Shown one piece after another: positions 15,940 to 25,012 of a stretch of 33,717 nucleotides of DNA (its first letter is position 1; every line of letters begins with the position of its first letter). Origin of the DNA: Gemmataceae bacterium (GTDB lineage Bacteria; Planctomycetota; Planctomycetia; Gemmatales; Gemmataceae); contig JANLTA010000552.1 of NCBI GenBank assembly GCA_031362705.1, positions 1 to 33,717 of the forward strand, given 5' to 3'. A program made the position numbers and the translations under genes. A model generated the notes under the pieces. That model saw nothing but the letters and a program-made list of their open reading frames with translations. It did not search any database and was not told the origin of the DNA.

Positions 15940-17130
15940 TCATGCCGGTTTTTCGGACGACAGCAACGCGGCGAGACGTGACCGCGCGCGATCCGTGCGG
16001 CCGGCAATGATGTCCGCGCGGGCGTCCTGCAATTCTTGCGCTAAGCCATCGTTGAACGGGACTGCATCGCCGGGCGACGGAGACGTGGGAATCAGGCGTG
16101 TGACAATTGCTTCACCCAACGCCTCGACACCATCGCCGGATTTAGCGGAAACAAGTGCCGAAGGGCCAACCGATTGGGCATCCCATGCCTTGGGTGTATC
16201 GGCTTTGTTCAGAACCAAGAGTGGATCAATTTCCTTGGGTGCGCGCGTCGGGGTCGCACTCAGGTCCATCACCCACAGCACCAAATCAGCTTTTCGAGCC
16301 GCCTCTTCTCCGAGTCGGATTCCAGCGCTCTCCAACGAATCGGTCGTGAAGCGTACGCCAGCCGTGTCAAGCAACTCAATCGGCCAGCCGTCGAGTGCGA
16401 CCATCGTTGACACAACATCCCGCGTGGTGCCTGGAGTTGCCGTGACCACGGCCCGCCGATAACCCGCCAATGCGTTGACAAGACTGCTTTTGCCGGCGTT
16501 CGGCGGCCCGCAAACTGCAACAGTCCACGGACGGGTAAGATGCCGGCCCAGGTTGCCGAAACGCAGAACGCGATTGAGCGCATCAGAAGCGGCATTCACT
16601 CGGGATTGATCAAACAACTCGAGCACGCGGCGAATGCCACGGTCCAACGCACCCAAGGACTGATCGAGCAACACGTTGGCCGCGCGAAGTGTCAATGCCT
16701 TCGTGAGATTTCGCAGTGCTACAGTCCGCAAGGTGCTGGGCGGTGGAGCTACGAGTTTCTTCCAACTTGTGATAGTCACGCCGCGTTCAAAGAGCTGCTC
16801 AATCACCAGCTCGACCATTTGCGAGCCGCCGTGGCAATGGACCTCGTACCACGGTACTTCCTGATCGGGTCGCGACGCCAGCACGACTTCATCACCGGGG
16901 GGCGGGCCGAACGTGCCGACATGCAGCGAACCAGGTTCGGGTGCAGCCGCTAACGGTTGCCCGCGCGGGCGACGGAATAGCGGTGCAACAGCCTTCCACG
17001 CATCGCGGCCAACAACTGCAACCGTGGCGACGCCAGCCATTCCCGGCGGCGTCATTACACCGGCGACGGCATCGACGCGGCGGTCTGCCACAGGCCCATC
17101 AGGTTGAGCGCTGGTTCGAATCGCTTGCAT
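15940..17130 (-). CDS. mnmE: MnmE(TrmE)-like GTPase, divergent and C-terminally short
   Basis: The N-terminus DAVAGVMTPPGMAGVATVAVVG aligns with E. coli [22 protein letters not shown]. The G domain has GPPNAGKSSLVNAL, TPGTTRD, DTAGVR and LNKAD. The protein ends ...LAALLSSEKPA with no FCIGK. Possible starts are ATG 17130, GTG 17091 or ATG 17055. Homology argues for 17091 or further upstream. Confidence 0.7.
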   Translation of the reverse strand: MQAIRTSAQPDGPVADRRVDAVAGVMTPPGMAGVATVAVVGRDAWKAVAPLFRRPRGQPLAAAPEPGSLHVGTFGPPPGDEVVLASRPDQEVPWYEVHCHGGSQMVELVIEQLFERGVTITSWKKLVAPPPSTLRTVALRNLTKALTLRAANVLLDQSLGALDRGIRRVLELFDQSRVNAASDALNRVLRFGNLGRHLTRPWTVAVCGPPNAGKSSLVNALAGYRRAVVTATPGTTRDVVSTMVALDGWPIELLDTAGVRFTTDSLESAGIRLGEEAARKADLVLWVMDLSATPTRAPKEIDPLLVLNKADTPKAWDAQSVGPSALVSAKSGDGVEALGEAIVTRLIPTSPSPGDAVPFNDGLAQELQDARADIIAGRTDRARSRLAALLSSEKPA

Positions 17131-17792
17131 GGCCACTCGATCATCGACTCCAATAAGGCACCATCGCCACCCGTAAACACGATCACATCGGGGCGGCTCG
17201 TGCGCGCGCAATCGGCCACCGCCCCCATAATTACGGCACAAAGGCCTGCCCGGATGGCGGCATCGGTGTTCTTTCCGGGAAACGGCTCGGAATGTTTGAG
17301 GCGAACCTTCGGCAACTTGGCCGTATGTGTGTGCAGCGCCGCGGCCATGAGTCTCAGACCGGGGAAGATTGCGCCGCCACGAAATGCGCCATCAACCAGA
17401 TTGATGGTTACGGCGGAGCCGGCGTCCACCACCAATAGCTTTTTGCCGGGAAACATCGCTTGGGCGGCTGTCGCCCCGAGCAACCTGTCTAAGCCGACAG
17501 TCTCCGGTTGATCAACGTCTATGGGAATGGGGATGCGTTCAAACGATGAGACGATGGTGACGCGGTCGCCATAACCAGCCACCCAGATGCGCATCCGTTC
17601 AACAATGTCCGGCACGACACTGGCGATGACCCAATGAGCCGGTCGCGGCAAGGCTTCGCGCCATGCCTTCAATTGCCGATCCCAGTCCGCTGATTCATAA
17701 GACAGGGCCACGACGTCGAACACACCCGATGCGTTGCAACGGCCCCACTTGACGCGAGTGTTGCCAATATCGACGACCACATCGGCGTTCAT
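17055..17792 (-). CDS. coaX: type III pantothenate kinase
   Basis: 245 aa. Contains VVDIGNTRVKWG, LLVVDAGSAVTINLV and GAIFPGLRLMAAAL. Its ATG overlaps the obg stop (ATGA at 17789-17792). Confidence 0.9.
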   Translation of the reverse strand: MNADVVVDIGNTRVKWGRCNASGVFDVVALSYESADWDRQLKAWREALPRPAHWVIASVVPDIVERMRIWVAGYGDRVTIVSSFERIPIPIDVDQPETVGLDRLLGATAAQAMFPGKKLLVVDAGSAVTINLVDGAFRGGAIFPGLRLMAAALHTHTAKLPKVRLKHSEPFPGKNTDAAIRAGLCAVIMGAVADCARTSRPDVIVFTGGDGALLESMIEWPCKRFEPALNLMGLWQTAASMPSPV

Positions 17793-18784
17793 TGTGGCGT
17801 CTCGGTCAGACGTTGCGCGATGCGACCAACGAGTTCGGCCAAGCCTTTGCCCGTAACCGCCGAGATTGCCAACACCGGTTCGTGAATCTCTTTTTCCAGC
17901 CGTTCACGCACCTCGCCGCTGTCGGTCAATTCCGACTTGGTGACGACGACCAACTCGGGTTTATCAGTCAGGTGCGGGCTATACAGATCCAATTCGTTGC
18001 GGATGGTGCGATAATTCTCAATCGGATCGCTGCCATCCATCGGCAGCGGTTCAACTAGGTGAACCAGCACGCGAGTTCGTTCGACATGGCGCAGGAACTC
18101 GTGGCCCAGGCCAATGCCAGCGTGAGCGCCTTCGATTAATCCCGGAATATCGGCCAGAACAAAGCCGCGTTCGTCGTCCATCGCCACCATGCCGAGGTTG
18201 GGATACTTGGTCGTAAACGGGTAATCGGCTATTTCCGGTCTAGCCCGAGACAACCGGCTCAGTAACGTAGACTTCCCGGCATTGGGCATGCCGATCAGAC
18301 CCACATCGGCGATGACCTTCAACTCCAGCACCAGCCAACGCTCTTCGCCCTCTTCGCCTTCCTCGGCCTCCGTCGGTGCCTGATTGGTAGCCGTGGCGAA
18401 GTACTTGTTACCACGCCCGCCTTTGCCACCACGGCCGACCGTCACTTGATCGCCCGGACCGATCAGGTCTTTCAGAGTGTGTCCGCGGTCCCGATCCACG
18501 ACCATTGTGCCCGGCGGGACATTGATGATGAGATCTTCGGAACTCAGACCCGTGCAGTTAGCCCCAGTGCCCGGCTGACCGTTGTCGGCCCGCCAATGCT
18601 TGCGATGCATAATTCCGGCAAGATTGTCAGCCCCGGCCAATGCGCGAACGATGACGGACCCACCCCGGCCGCCGTCGCCGCCGTCGGGACCACCTTTGGG
18701 TACGTACTTCTCACGGCGAAAACTGACGCAGCCGTTGCCGCCATCGCCGCCTTTGACGAAGATCGTTACTCGGTCGATGAACAT
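17789..18784 (-). CDS. obg: GTPase Obg/CgtA
   Basis: 331 aa. Starts MFIDRVTIFVKGGDGGNGCVSFRREKYVPKGGPDGGDGGRGGSV (Obg fold). The G domain has GMPNAGKSTLLS and ADIPGLIEGAH. Confidence 0.95.
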   Translation of the reverse strand: MFIDRVTIFVKGGDGGNGCVSFRREKYVPKGGPDGGDGGRGGSVIVRALAGADNLAGIMHRKHWRADNGQPGTGANCTGLSSEDLIINVPPGTMVVDRDRGHTLKDLIGPGDQVTVGRGGKGGRGNKYFATATNQAPTEAEEGEEGEERWLVLELKVIADVGLIGMPNAGKSTLLSRLSRARPEIADYPFTTKYPNLGMVAMDDERGFVLADIPGLIEGAHAGIGLGHEFLRHVERTRVLVHLVEPLPMDGSDPIENYRTIRNELDLYSPHLTDKPELVVVTKSELTDSGEVRERLEKEIHEPVLAISAVTGKGLAELVGRIAQRLTETPQ

Positions 18785-18830
18785 CGGGTTAGTCTACGAG
18801 TTGTGGCGCAACGACGAACGGAGGAAACCA

Positions 18831-18851
18831 CGTCGGGCTTACGTCCCGACG
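18831..18851 (-). terminator. weak hairpin between the phosphoglycosyl transferase and obg
   Basis: On the minus strand this reads CGTCGGGacgtaagCCCGACG, a 7-bp stem, followed only by TGGTTTCC. The poor U-tract means it could be a processing or attenuation hairpin, or nothing. Confidence 0.2.
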
Positions 18852-18857
18852 CTCGCC

Positions 18858-20243
18858 TCAATAAGCGTTTTTGTTAATGCGGATGATTGTTAGTAACAGG
18901 ATTTTGACATCCAACCACGGCGTCCAGTGAGTGATGTAATGGAGGTCGAATTGGACTCGTTTGCGGAGCGACGTGTTGCCGCGCCAACCGTGGACCTGTG
19001 CCCAGCCGGTGATGCCGGCTTTGACTTTGTGCCGGGCCATGTAGTTGGGGATGGTCTTCTCGAACCGTTCGATGAAGTGCGGACGCTCGGGGCGCGGGCC
19101 GACAAGGCTCATGTCACCCATGAGGACGTTGATGAGTTGCGGTAACTCATCAAGACTGCTCTTGCGCAGGAATGCACCGATACGAGTTGGGCGCGGGTCG
19201 TTCTTGATCGCCCACACTGGGCCGGTGCTAGACTCTGAATCGACTGGCATGGTGCGAAACTTCAACATACCGAATGGGCGACCCGATAATCCGCACCGCT
19301 CCTGGCGATAGAAGACCGGGCCGGGGCTGGACCATTTCACCAGTGCAGCCAAAACGCCGAACAGCGGTGCGAGAATGACAAGCCCCACAGACGTCAACAC
19401 GATATCCATCACCCGTTTGACGTGCAGATTCAGTCCGAAGTGCGCGCTTTCACGTAGGCCGATGATTGGCAATCCGTTGAGATTGGTGGTGGTCAAAGAC
19501 AGACCTGCCATGCCGGGTGTATCGACCACAAGACGCACTTCGGCGAAGGTTTGCGATAACAAGTCGAACACACGCCGGGCGTCGTGATAACGATTCAGCG
19601 GCAACGCGATGAACACGTGCTCGACGTTGTTCTTGGCCACAATGTCCGGCAACTCAGCCGAGGTGCCGATGACGTCGAGATCACTGCACCAGCGGTTCGG
19701 TTGATCTTCGATGAAGCCCAGCGTGCGAATGCCCATCCAATTGGCGCGGCGAAGTGCTCGCTGCGTCTTGCGGGCGACTCGTCCCGTGCCGATGATAATG
19801 GCGTTGGTCTGGTTGTAACCCCGGCGACGCAAACTCTTCAGCGCGTTCCAACTCAGTCGCCGCGCGACCAACACTGCTACCGGCGTCAACAGGGTGAATA
19901 GCGCCATGGCCAGGCGCGACTCATATTGTTCGTGCTGGTAGAAGCGTGCGGCCATGATGAACAGTGCGAGCAACGCCGATCCCTTGATGACGGCAAACAG
20001 TTCTTCACGGAACCGCCTCATGCGATGGATGCGGTATTGACCGGCTACGTGGTAAGCCACGGTCGCCAACAGCAGAATCATCGGCAGGTTGTACAGATAC
20101 AGCTCAAACTCTGGCTGTGGTTTCGAAATGGGCAGCCAACCGGAGAAGCGCGCGTGATAAGCCCCGACCCAGGCCAGGGCGGTGCAGCCTAGGTCGGTCA
20201 GGTGAAACCAGACGATGAATGGCTGGCTCGTGCGGCGGATCAT
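18858..20243 (-). CDS. polyprenyl-phosphate hexose-1-phosphate transferase (WcaJ/WbaP-type initiating sugar transferase)
   Basis: N-terminal TM bundle, a central Rossmann-like region (AIIIGTGRVARK), and a C-terminal bacterial sugar transferase domain (KRVMDIVLTSVGLVILAPLF...PVFYRQERCG...FGMLKFRTM...DELPQLINVLMGDMSLVGPRPERP). I prefer the ATG at 20243. The ORF track extends to 20324. Confidence 0.88.
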   Translation of the reverse strand: MIRRTSQPFIVWFHLTDLGCTALAWVGAYHARFSGWLPISKPQPEFELYLYNLPMILLLATVAYHVAGQYRIHRMRRFREELFAVIKGSALLALFIMAARFYQHEQYESRLAMALFTLLTPVAVLVARRLSWNALKSLRRRGYNQTNAIIIGTGRVARKTQRALRRANWMGIRTLGFIEDQPNRWCSDLDVIGTSAELPDIVAKNNVEHVFIALPLNRYHDARRVFDLLSQTFAEVRLVVDTPGMAGLSLTTTNLNGLPIIGLRESAHFGLNLHVKRVMDIVLTSVGLVILAPLFGVLAALVKWSSPGPVFYRQERCGLSGRPFGMLKFRTMPVDSESSTGPVWAIKNDPRPTRIGAFLRKSSLDELPQLINVLMGDMSLVGPRPERPHFIERFEKTIPNYMARHKVKAGITGWAQVHGWRGNTSLRKRVQFDLHYITHWTPWLDVKILLLTIIRINKNAY

Positions 20244-20427
20244 GGCCCGTCCGTGGCGGTGCGCGCGGGTTCCTCCCGCTGTTGGTAGGCCATCGTTGTA
20301 GCACGGCCGGACGAAAAGGGTCAATGCGACTAAAAAGACGTTGTAAGCCCGACGCGCAAGTAAGGTTTCGGAAGTATGGCCTTGAACCTTGCTGGCGCGT
20401 CGGGCTCACAGGATTTGGAGCCAAACC

Positions 20428-20607
20428 GTGTTGACCGCCGAGCAGTTGCTAGACAAAATCAACAAATTGCGCAAAGACTACAGCGATGATGAAGAAGACG
20501 AGACCTATCAGGCGTTGCACCACGCGCTGTTGTTCATGTCGTACAAAGTTGGTTTGTTGAAAGAGTATCTGCAAGAGGCGGCAAAGGGTCGCGACGCATC
20601 GAAGTAA
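20428..20607 (+). CDS. small acidic helical hypothetical protein (59 aa)
   Basis: GTG at 20428 with GGAG 7 nt upstream. Reads [59 protein letters not shown]. Codon usage looks native, but the last 74 nt overlap the 3' end of the convergent sulfotransferase ORF. Confidence 0.35.
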   Translation: MLTAEQLLDKINKLRKDYSDDEEDETYQALHHALLFMSYKVGLLKEYLQEAAKGRDASK

Positions 20608-21721
20608 CGGCTGCCGAATACGAAACCTCTTTCACGATATCCGGCCAGGTGTGGTCCACCTTGGCCTTCACATCGTCACTGATTGCACTTGCGTTCGGCT
20701 GATAGTCACGATGTTCCGCCAGATATTGCGCCACTGCTGGCCGTGCCAAGTTGAAATCACCCAGCTCCAATGATCGATAAATACGCTCGATTTCCGCAAG
20801 TGGATTGGCCATCAGATCTTCGTAGCGCAACTCGCATAGCCGGCCTGCCGGTATTTGTTTCTTGCCAATTTCGTAGGCCGCGTACAGCCGGCGGCCCGCT
20901 TCCGAAACGACCTCTTCAGCCAGCCGATCATCGGGAACTTGCAGCGTATGGTTGACCGAGAGAGCCTTCCAAAGCCGAAGCGTCGATGGATACACGCGAT
21001 ACGGATCACGACAAATATGCACGAACCGAGCGTTCGGAAACTGGCGTAGCAGGGCCGGAATTCGAGCCATGTGCGGCGGCGATTTGAGGATTAATCGCTT
21101 GCCGGGATTCACGTACGATACGCGTTGAAGGAACCACGCCAGTGCTTTGCCCCAGCGTGATTGCTGTTCGTCGCTGAATCCACGGAAGTCGAGCGCATCA
21201 AAGTCGGTGGGCCGATGATTGGGAAACGCGATATGCGTGTAAAACGATGGCTGACCCATCATACACAACGCGAATTCGTCTTCCTGCGGCCGATCCCAAC
21301 CGGTCGGCAAGTCGTCCATAGGTCGCCGCTTGGGCAGCACGAACGGCATGAATCGCCGCATAAAGTTCTCGACCATCAGGAAGCAATTCGGCTCCATGCA
21401 CTGACACATGTTGGGATACGTGTGCCTTGGATCGCGGATGAGCAATTCGTGCAGGAACGTGGTGCCAGTTCGCCAATGGCCGAGAATGAAAACGGGATCG
21501 GTCGGCATCGGCGTGCGCACGATTCGGTGCCGCCAGAAGGCCTCTTGCAACAACCAGCAAATGGAGTGAACAGTGCTGACGACCATCACAATCGCTGCCA
21601 CCCACCAATAGCGCGGGTGAACGGCGAAGCGATTACGCCAAAGAAGACGTAGCCAACCGTGGAGGCCGAACCCTTCCCACATATGCGGCGTCCATTCTGC
21701 ATTTTTGGGAGCCGAGCTCAC
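20534..21721 (-). CDS. sulfotransferase family protein
   Basis: 395 aa. The PAPS 5'-phosphosulfate binding loop is [16 protein letters not shown]. Later come [16 protein letters not shown] and a 3'-PB-like region. An N-terminal hydrophobic stretch ([13 protein letters not shown]) suggests a membrane anchor. Confidence 0.8.
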   Translation of the reverse strand: MSSAPKNAEWTPHMWEGFGLHGWLRLLWRNRFAVHPRYWWVAAIVMVVSTVHSICWLLQEAFWRHRIVRTPMPTDPVFILGHWRTGTTFLHELLIRDPRHTYPNMCQCMEPNCFLMVENFMRRFMPFVLPKRRPMDDLPTGWDRPQEDEFALCMMGQPSFYTHIAFPNHRPTDFDALDFRGFSDEQQSRWGKALAWFLQRVSYVNPGKRLILKSPPHMARIPALLRQFPNARFVHICRDPYRVYPSTLRLWKALSVNHTLQVPDDRLAEEVVSEAGRRLYAAYEIGKKQIPAGRLCELRYEDLMANPLAEIERIYRSLELGDFNLARPAVAQYLAEHRDYQPNASAISDDVKAKVDHTWPDIVKEVSYSAAVTSMRRDPLPPLADTLSTNQLCTT

Positions 21722-21806
21722 GATAAGAATGGCCTTTCTGCTTGGGGAAAACGGTCAGTTGCACTGGTCAAAACAGCATCCGTTGAGTATGATGTTATTA
21801 ATAGAT

Positions 21807-21878
21807 CGCGGCGTGGAGCAGTGGTAGCTCGCCAGGCTCATAACCTGGAGGTCGTAGGTTCAAATCCTGCCGCCGCAG
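21807..21878 (+). tRNA. initiator tRNA-fMet (anticodon CAT)
   Basis: Hand-folded cloverleaf: CGCGGCG/TG/GAGC-AGTGGTA-GCTC/G/CCAGG-CTCATAA-CCTGG/AGGTC/GTAGG-TTCAAAT-CCTGC/CGCCGCA/G. It has the C1xA72 mismatch and A11:U24, both initiator signatures, and closely resembles E. coli tRNAfMet. CCA is not encoded. Confidence 0.9.
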
Positions 21879-21892
21879 CTGATCGATTTTCC

Positions 21893-21929
21893 GGCGGCAA
21901 GTTGGGGGCAACGCTCCTAGCTTGCCGCT
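21893..21929 (+). other. stable hairpin between tRNA-fMet and cysA
   Basis: GCGGCAAG (21894-21901) pairs perfectly with CTTGCCGC (21921-21928). An inner GGGG/CTCC extension is possible. TTAGCGTTTAAT follows. This is a candidate terminator or processing structure. Confidence 0.3.
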
Positions 21930-21964
21930 TAGCGTTTAATGCCCCAGCTTGTATCACATCGTTT

Positions 21965-22978
21965 GTGAGCATCACCGTTCAAGACGTGTCAAAACGGTAC
22001 GGCCAGCACGTGGCCCTCAGCCACGTATCGCTGGAAGCCCGCGACGGCCGGCTGATGGCGCTGCTCGGCCCATCCGGTTCGGGCAAGACAACGCTTTTGC
22101 GCATCATCGCCGGGCTGGAACCAGCCGATTCGGGCCAAATCCTCTTCCGCGATGCCGATGTCACGGCTCGCTCGGCACGCGATCGCAACATTGGTTTTGT
22201 CTTTCAGCATTATGCTTTGTTTCGCCACATGACTGTTTTCGAGAATGTAGCGTTCGGCCTGCGTGTCCGCAATATTGAAGATGCCCAGGTTCGCAATCGC
22301 GTCAACGAGTTGCTGCACATGATTCGCCTGGAGGAAATGGGCGGCCGGTTCCCGAACCAGCTTTCCGGCGGTCAACGACAGCGTGTCGCACTGGCTCGCG
22401 CGTTGGCCCCGCGACCGCACATTCTCCTGCTCGACGAGCCATTTGGTGCCCTTGATGCCAAAGTGCGGCAGGAACTGCGAACGGCACTGCGTCGGTTGCA
22501 TGATGACCTGCATGTGACCAGCATTTTCGTCACGCACGATCAGGATGAGGCGTTTGAAGTTGCCGACGAAGTGGTGGTGATGAACGAAGGCCGCGTGGTG
22601 CAAGCCGGCACGCCGCAAGAGGTGTTTGAAAGGCCGGCCAACGCCTTCGTGATGGACTTTCTCGGCGATGTGAACGTATTGCCATCGCAATTCGAGGGTG
22701 GCAGGCCAATGGTTGGCTCCACTAACCTCTATGTCAGACCGCACGAGTTAGAGATCGCCCGGGTGACTTCCGGCCCCTCCAGCGTTCCGGCAAGAGTCGT
22801 GCAAATCAACCCCGCTGGTGCTGTCGTGAAGGTGCGCCTGCTCAACGATGAGTTCGGTTTGGCGATCAATGTCGATTTGCCGCTCAAACGGCAGAGCGAA
22901 ATCGGCCTGGTCGTCAACGAACATGTGTACGTCTTCCCCCGACAGGATGTAGGCGCTGAACCTGATTACGCCATCTGA
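21965..22978 (+). CDS. cysA: sulfate/thiosulfate-type ABC transporter ATP-binding protein
   Basis: GTG at 21965. The ORF-track 5' extension runs through the tRNA gene and is spurious. It is near-collinear with E. coli CysA: [81 protein letters not shown], and a TOBE-like C-terminus. Confidence 0.88.
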   Translation: MSITVQDVSKRYGQHVALSHVSLEARDGRLMALLGPSGSGKTTLLRIIAGLEPADSGQILFRDADVTARSARDRNIGFVFQHYALFRHMTVFENVAFGLRVRNIEDAQVRNRVNELLHMIRLEEMGGRFPNQLSGGQRQRVALARALAPRPHILLLDEPFGALDAKVRQELRTALRRLHDDLHVTSIFVTHDQDEAFEVADEVVVMNEGRVVQAGTPQEVFERPANAFVMDFLGDVNVLPSQFEGGRPMVGSTNLYVRPHELEIARVTSGPSSVPARVVQINPAGAVVKVRLLNDEFGLAINVDLPLKRQSEIGLVVNEHVYVFPRQDVGAEPDYAI

Positions 22979-23013
22979 TCGAACCAGCGGTGTAGGGGAC
23001 CACTCACTGATTA

Positions 23014-23160
<147 letters not shown>

Positions 23161-23589
23161 TCACTTTCAGTCACCTTTTGATATTCGATTCGCTGGCTCG
23201 AGACCGCCTATTCGGCCCTTGATTGACAATCCGGACAACCAGTGGAATGCTCGCGGCTTAGCCTTTGAAAATTCGTGATAAGATCGTTTCATCTTGCGTT
23301 CGCCAACAGAAAATATCCAATCGGTAAATGGATATATCTTCTTGTATGGCAATAAGATACGGCCGCGAATTGACATTTGTTTCAGTGTAGCAGTGGCTGC
23401 TCGATCCTGCTGGTCGTAACATCTTGGAAACGACTGACGGTTGTTAGGGCATGGATGTGCGGGCACTCTAAGCAATTCGGGTGTTTTGTATTGCCCCGGT
23501 AAACCAGGGATTATAGGTTGTGCGTATCTGTGAGGCACCCTTTGACGGGTTCGCGCCTCGTGAAACGAAAACTTTTGGAGGATTTCATC

Positions 23590-24888
23590 ATGCGGAGGCT
23601 TTTGATTGCGGGCGCGTTCCTGAGCGCGCTCTTGCTAATCACCGATGCCGCCCAAGCATGTGGTGGTCGACGCAATCGCTGCGGTTCGGCCTCCGCTTGT
23701 GGAACGGGCTGTTGCGGTGTGTCAAACAATTGTGGCGGTTGCAGCTCCGGCTGTGGCTCCACGGGTGGCTGCGGCACTACAAGCTGTTGTGCGCCGGCTA
23801 TGACGTACCAGGATCAACAGATGACGGGCACCCGCCCGGTCATGAAGACGCGTGTCGTGAAAAAGGAAGTCACGGAAAACGTCGCTCGCACCGTGCAAGA
23901 ACCGTACACGTACACGGTGATGGAACAGTTCACGACCCCCGAAAAGCGGATGGTCACAAATTGCTCCACGGTGATGGTTGATGAGCCGTACAACTACACG
24001 GTTTGCGAACCAGTTGTCACACAAGTCAAGCAAAACGTAACGGAATACAATCAGGTCGCCAAGCAAGTCCCTTACACCTACACGGTTTGCAATCCGACCA
24101 CTGTGCCGGAAACCCGCACCGTGCAGAAGTGGGTTTGCGAGCCGCGCTGCGTGACCGAAATGGTCACCTGCTGCAAGCGCGTCCCGGTCACCTGCGTTGA
24201 TCCTTGCACCGGTTGCTGCCGGACGACCTGCCACATGGTGCAGGAATCGCACCCGGTCACCCGCACCGTCATGGATCGTCGCTGCGTCACCGAGAACGTG
24301 ACTGTCAACGTTACCAAGTATGTCAGCCAGCAGATGACCGGCAGCCGCACCGTTTACGAGTGCGTGCCGACGACCAAGGAAATCACGGTCCCATGCACGA
24401 CCTATGTCAACAAGCCGATGACGGGCACCCGCAAGGTGTGCAAGAACGTGACCACGCAGAGCGAAGTCACGGTTAACACCGTCAGCTGCAAGCCGGTCCA
24501 AAAGCAGGGCATGACCAGCCGCGTGGTTTGTGACGCCGTCAAGAAGATGGTCGATGTCAACGAGTGCTACACCGAAATGGAATCCTACACCTACACGGTG
24601 CGGGTTGCCGTTCCTTGTGCGGCCCCTGTTGCCGCTCCTTGTGCGCCGGTTGCTTCCAACTGCGGTAACGACTGCGGTACCAGCATGTCGGCTTGTGGCG
24701 GCGGTTGCGGTGGTTGCGGCAATGACTGCGGCAACACCTGTGGTCGTAGCTGTGGTCGCACCCGCGGTCATCGTTGCGGTAACTCCTGCCAAGACAGCTG
24801 CGACAGCGGCTGCGGTGGTCGTCGCTTCGGCGGACGGCTCTTCAGCCGTGGCGGCCGTGGCGGTTGTGGCACCAGCTGCTGCAACTGA
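23590..24888 (+). CDS. secreted cysteine-rich YTV-repeat protein (planctomycete envelope protein type)
   Basis: ATG at 23590 with GGAGG about 8 nt upstream. Signal peptide is MRRLLIAGAFLSALLLITDAAQA. The body carries four Y(T/N)YTV motifs, and both ends are Cys-Gly-rich. The ORF-track start at 23518 adds an unlikely 24 aa. Confidence 0.85.
   Translation: MRRLLIAGAFLSALLLITDAAQACGGRRNRCGSASACGTGCCGVSNNCGGCSSGCGSTGGCGTTSCCAPAMTYQDQQMTGTRPVMKTRVVKKEVTENVARTVQEPYTYTVMEQFTTPEKRMVTNCSTVMVDEPYNYTVCEPVVTQVKQNVTEYNQVAKQVPYTYTVCNPTTVPETRTVQKWVCEPRCVTEMVTCCKRVPVTCVDPCTGCCRTTCHMVQESHPVTRTVMDRRCVTENVTVNVTKYVSQQMTGSRTVYECVPTTKEITVPCTTYVNKPMTGTRKVCKNVTTQSEVTVNTVSCKPVQKQGMTSRVVCDAVKKMVDVNECYTEMESYTYTVRVAVPCAAPVAAPCAPVASNCGNDCGTSMSACGGGCGGCGNDCGNTCGRSCGRTRGHRCGNSCQDSCDSGCGGRRFGGRLFSRGGRGGCGTSCCN
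23800..24600 (+). repeat. in-frame ~28-codon periodic modules inside the YTV gene
   Basis: Y(T/N)YTV codons fall at 23905-23919, 23989-24003 and 24073-24087, exactly 84 nt apart, and again at 24586-24600. QMTG(T/S)R-type motifs recur at 28-31 aa spacing. Confidence 0.75.
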
Positions 24889-24913
24889 TCGCGAAGTTGA
24901 ATAGAAACCAATC

Positions 24914-24949
24914 GGCCCGCGGACGCTTCGGCATCCGCGGGCTTTTTTT
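24914..24949 (+). terminator. rho-independent terminator of the YTV gene
   Basis: GGCCCGCGGA (24914-24923) pairs with TCCGCGGGC (24934-24942) and is followed by TTTTTTT (24943-24949), 26 nt after the stop codon. Confidence 0.85.
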
Positions 24950-25012
24950 GTTGCGCTGGTCGCAATAAGATGACTTTGCCAGACGGACGTCTTCGCCCAT
25001 GAAGGAGTCAAA

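Noticed and set aside
21659-21964. The 5' extension of the cysA ORF (track start 21659), and the minus-strand ORF 22748-23164.
   Set aside because: Both run straight through tRNA genes: tRNA-fMet at 21807-21878 and tRNA-Arg at 23053-23126. Homology to CysA begins only at the GTG at 21965.
23167-23538. A 123-aa minus-strand ORF filling the AT-rich spacer.
   Set aside because: It has no SD, an odd composition and no recognisable motif. It lies in a region that looks like promoter and leader DNA for the YTV gene. I treat the region as non-coding.
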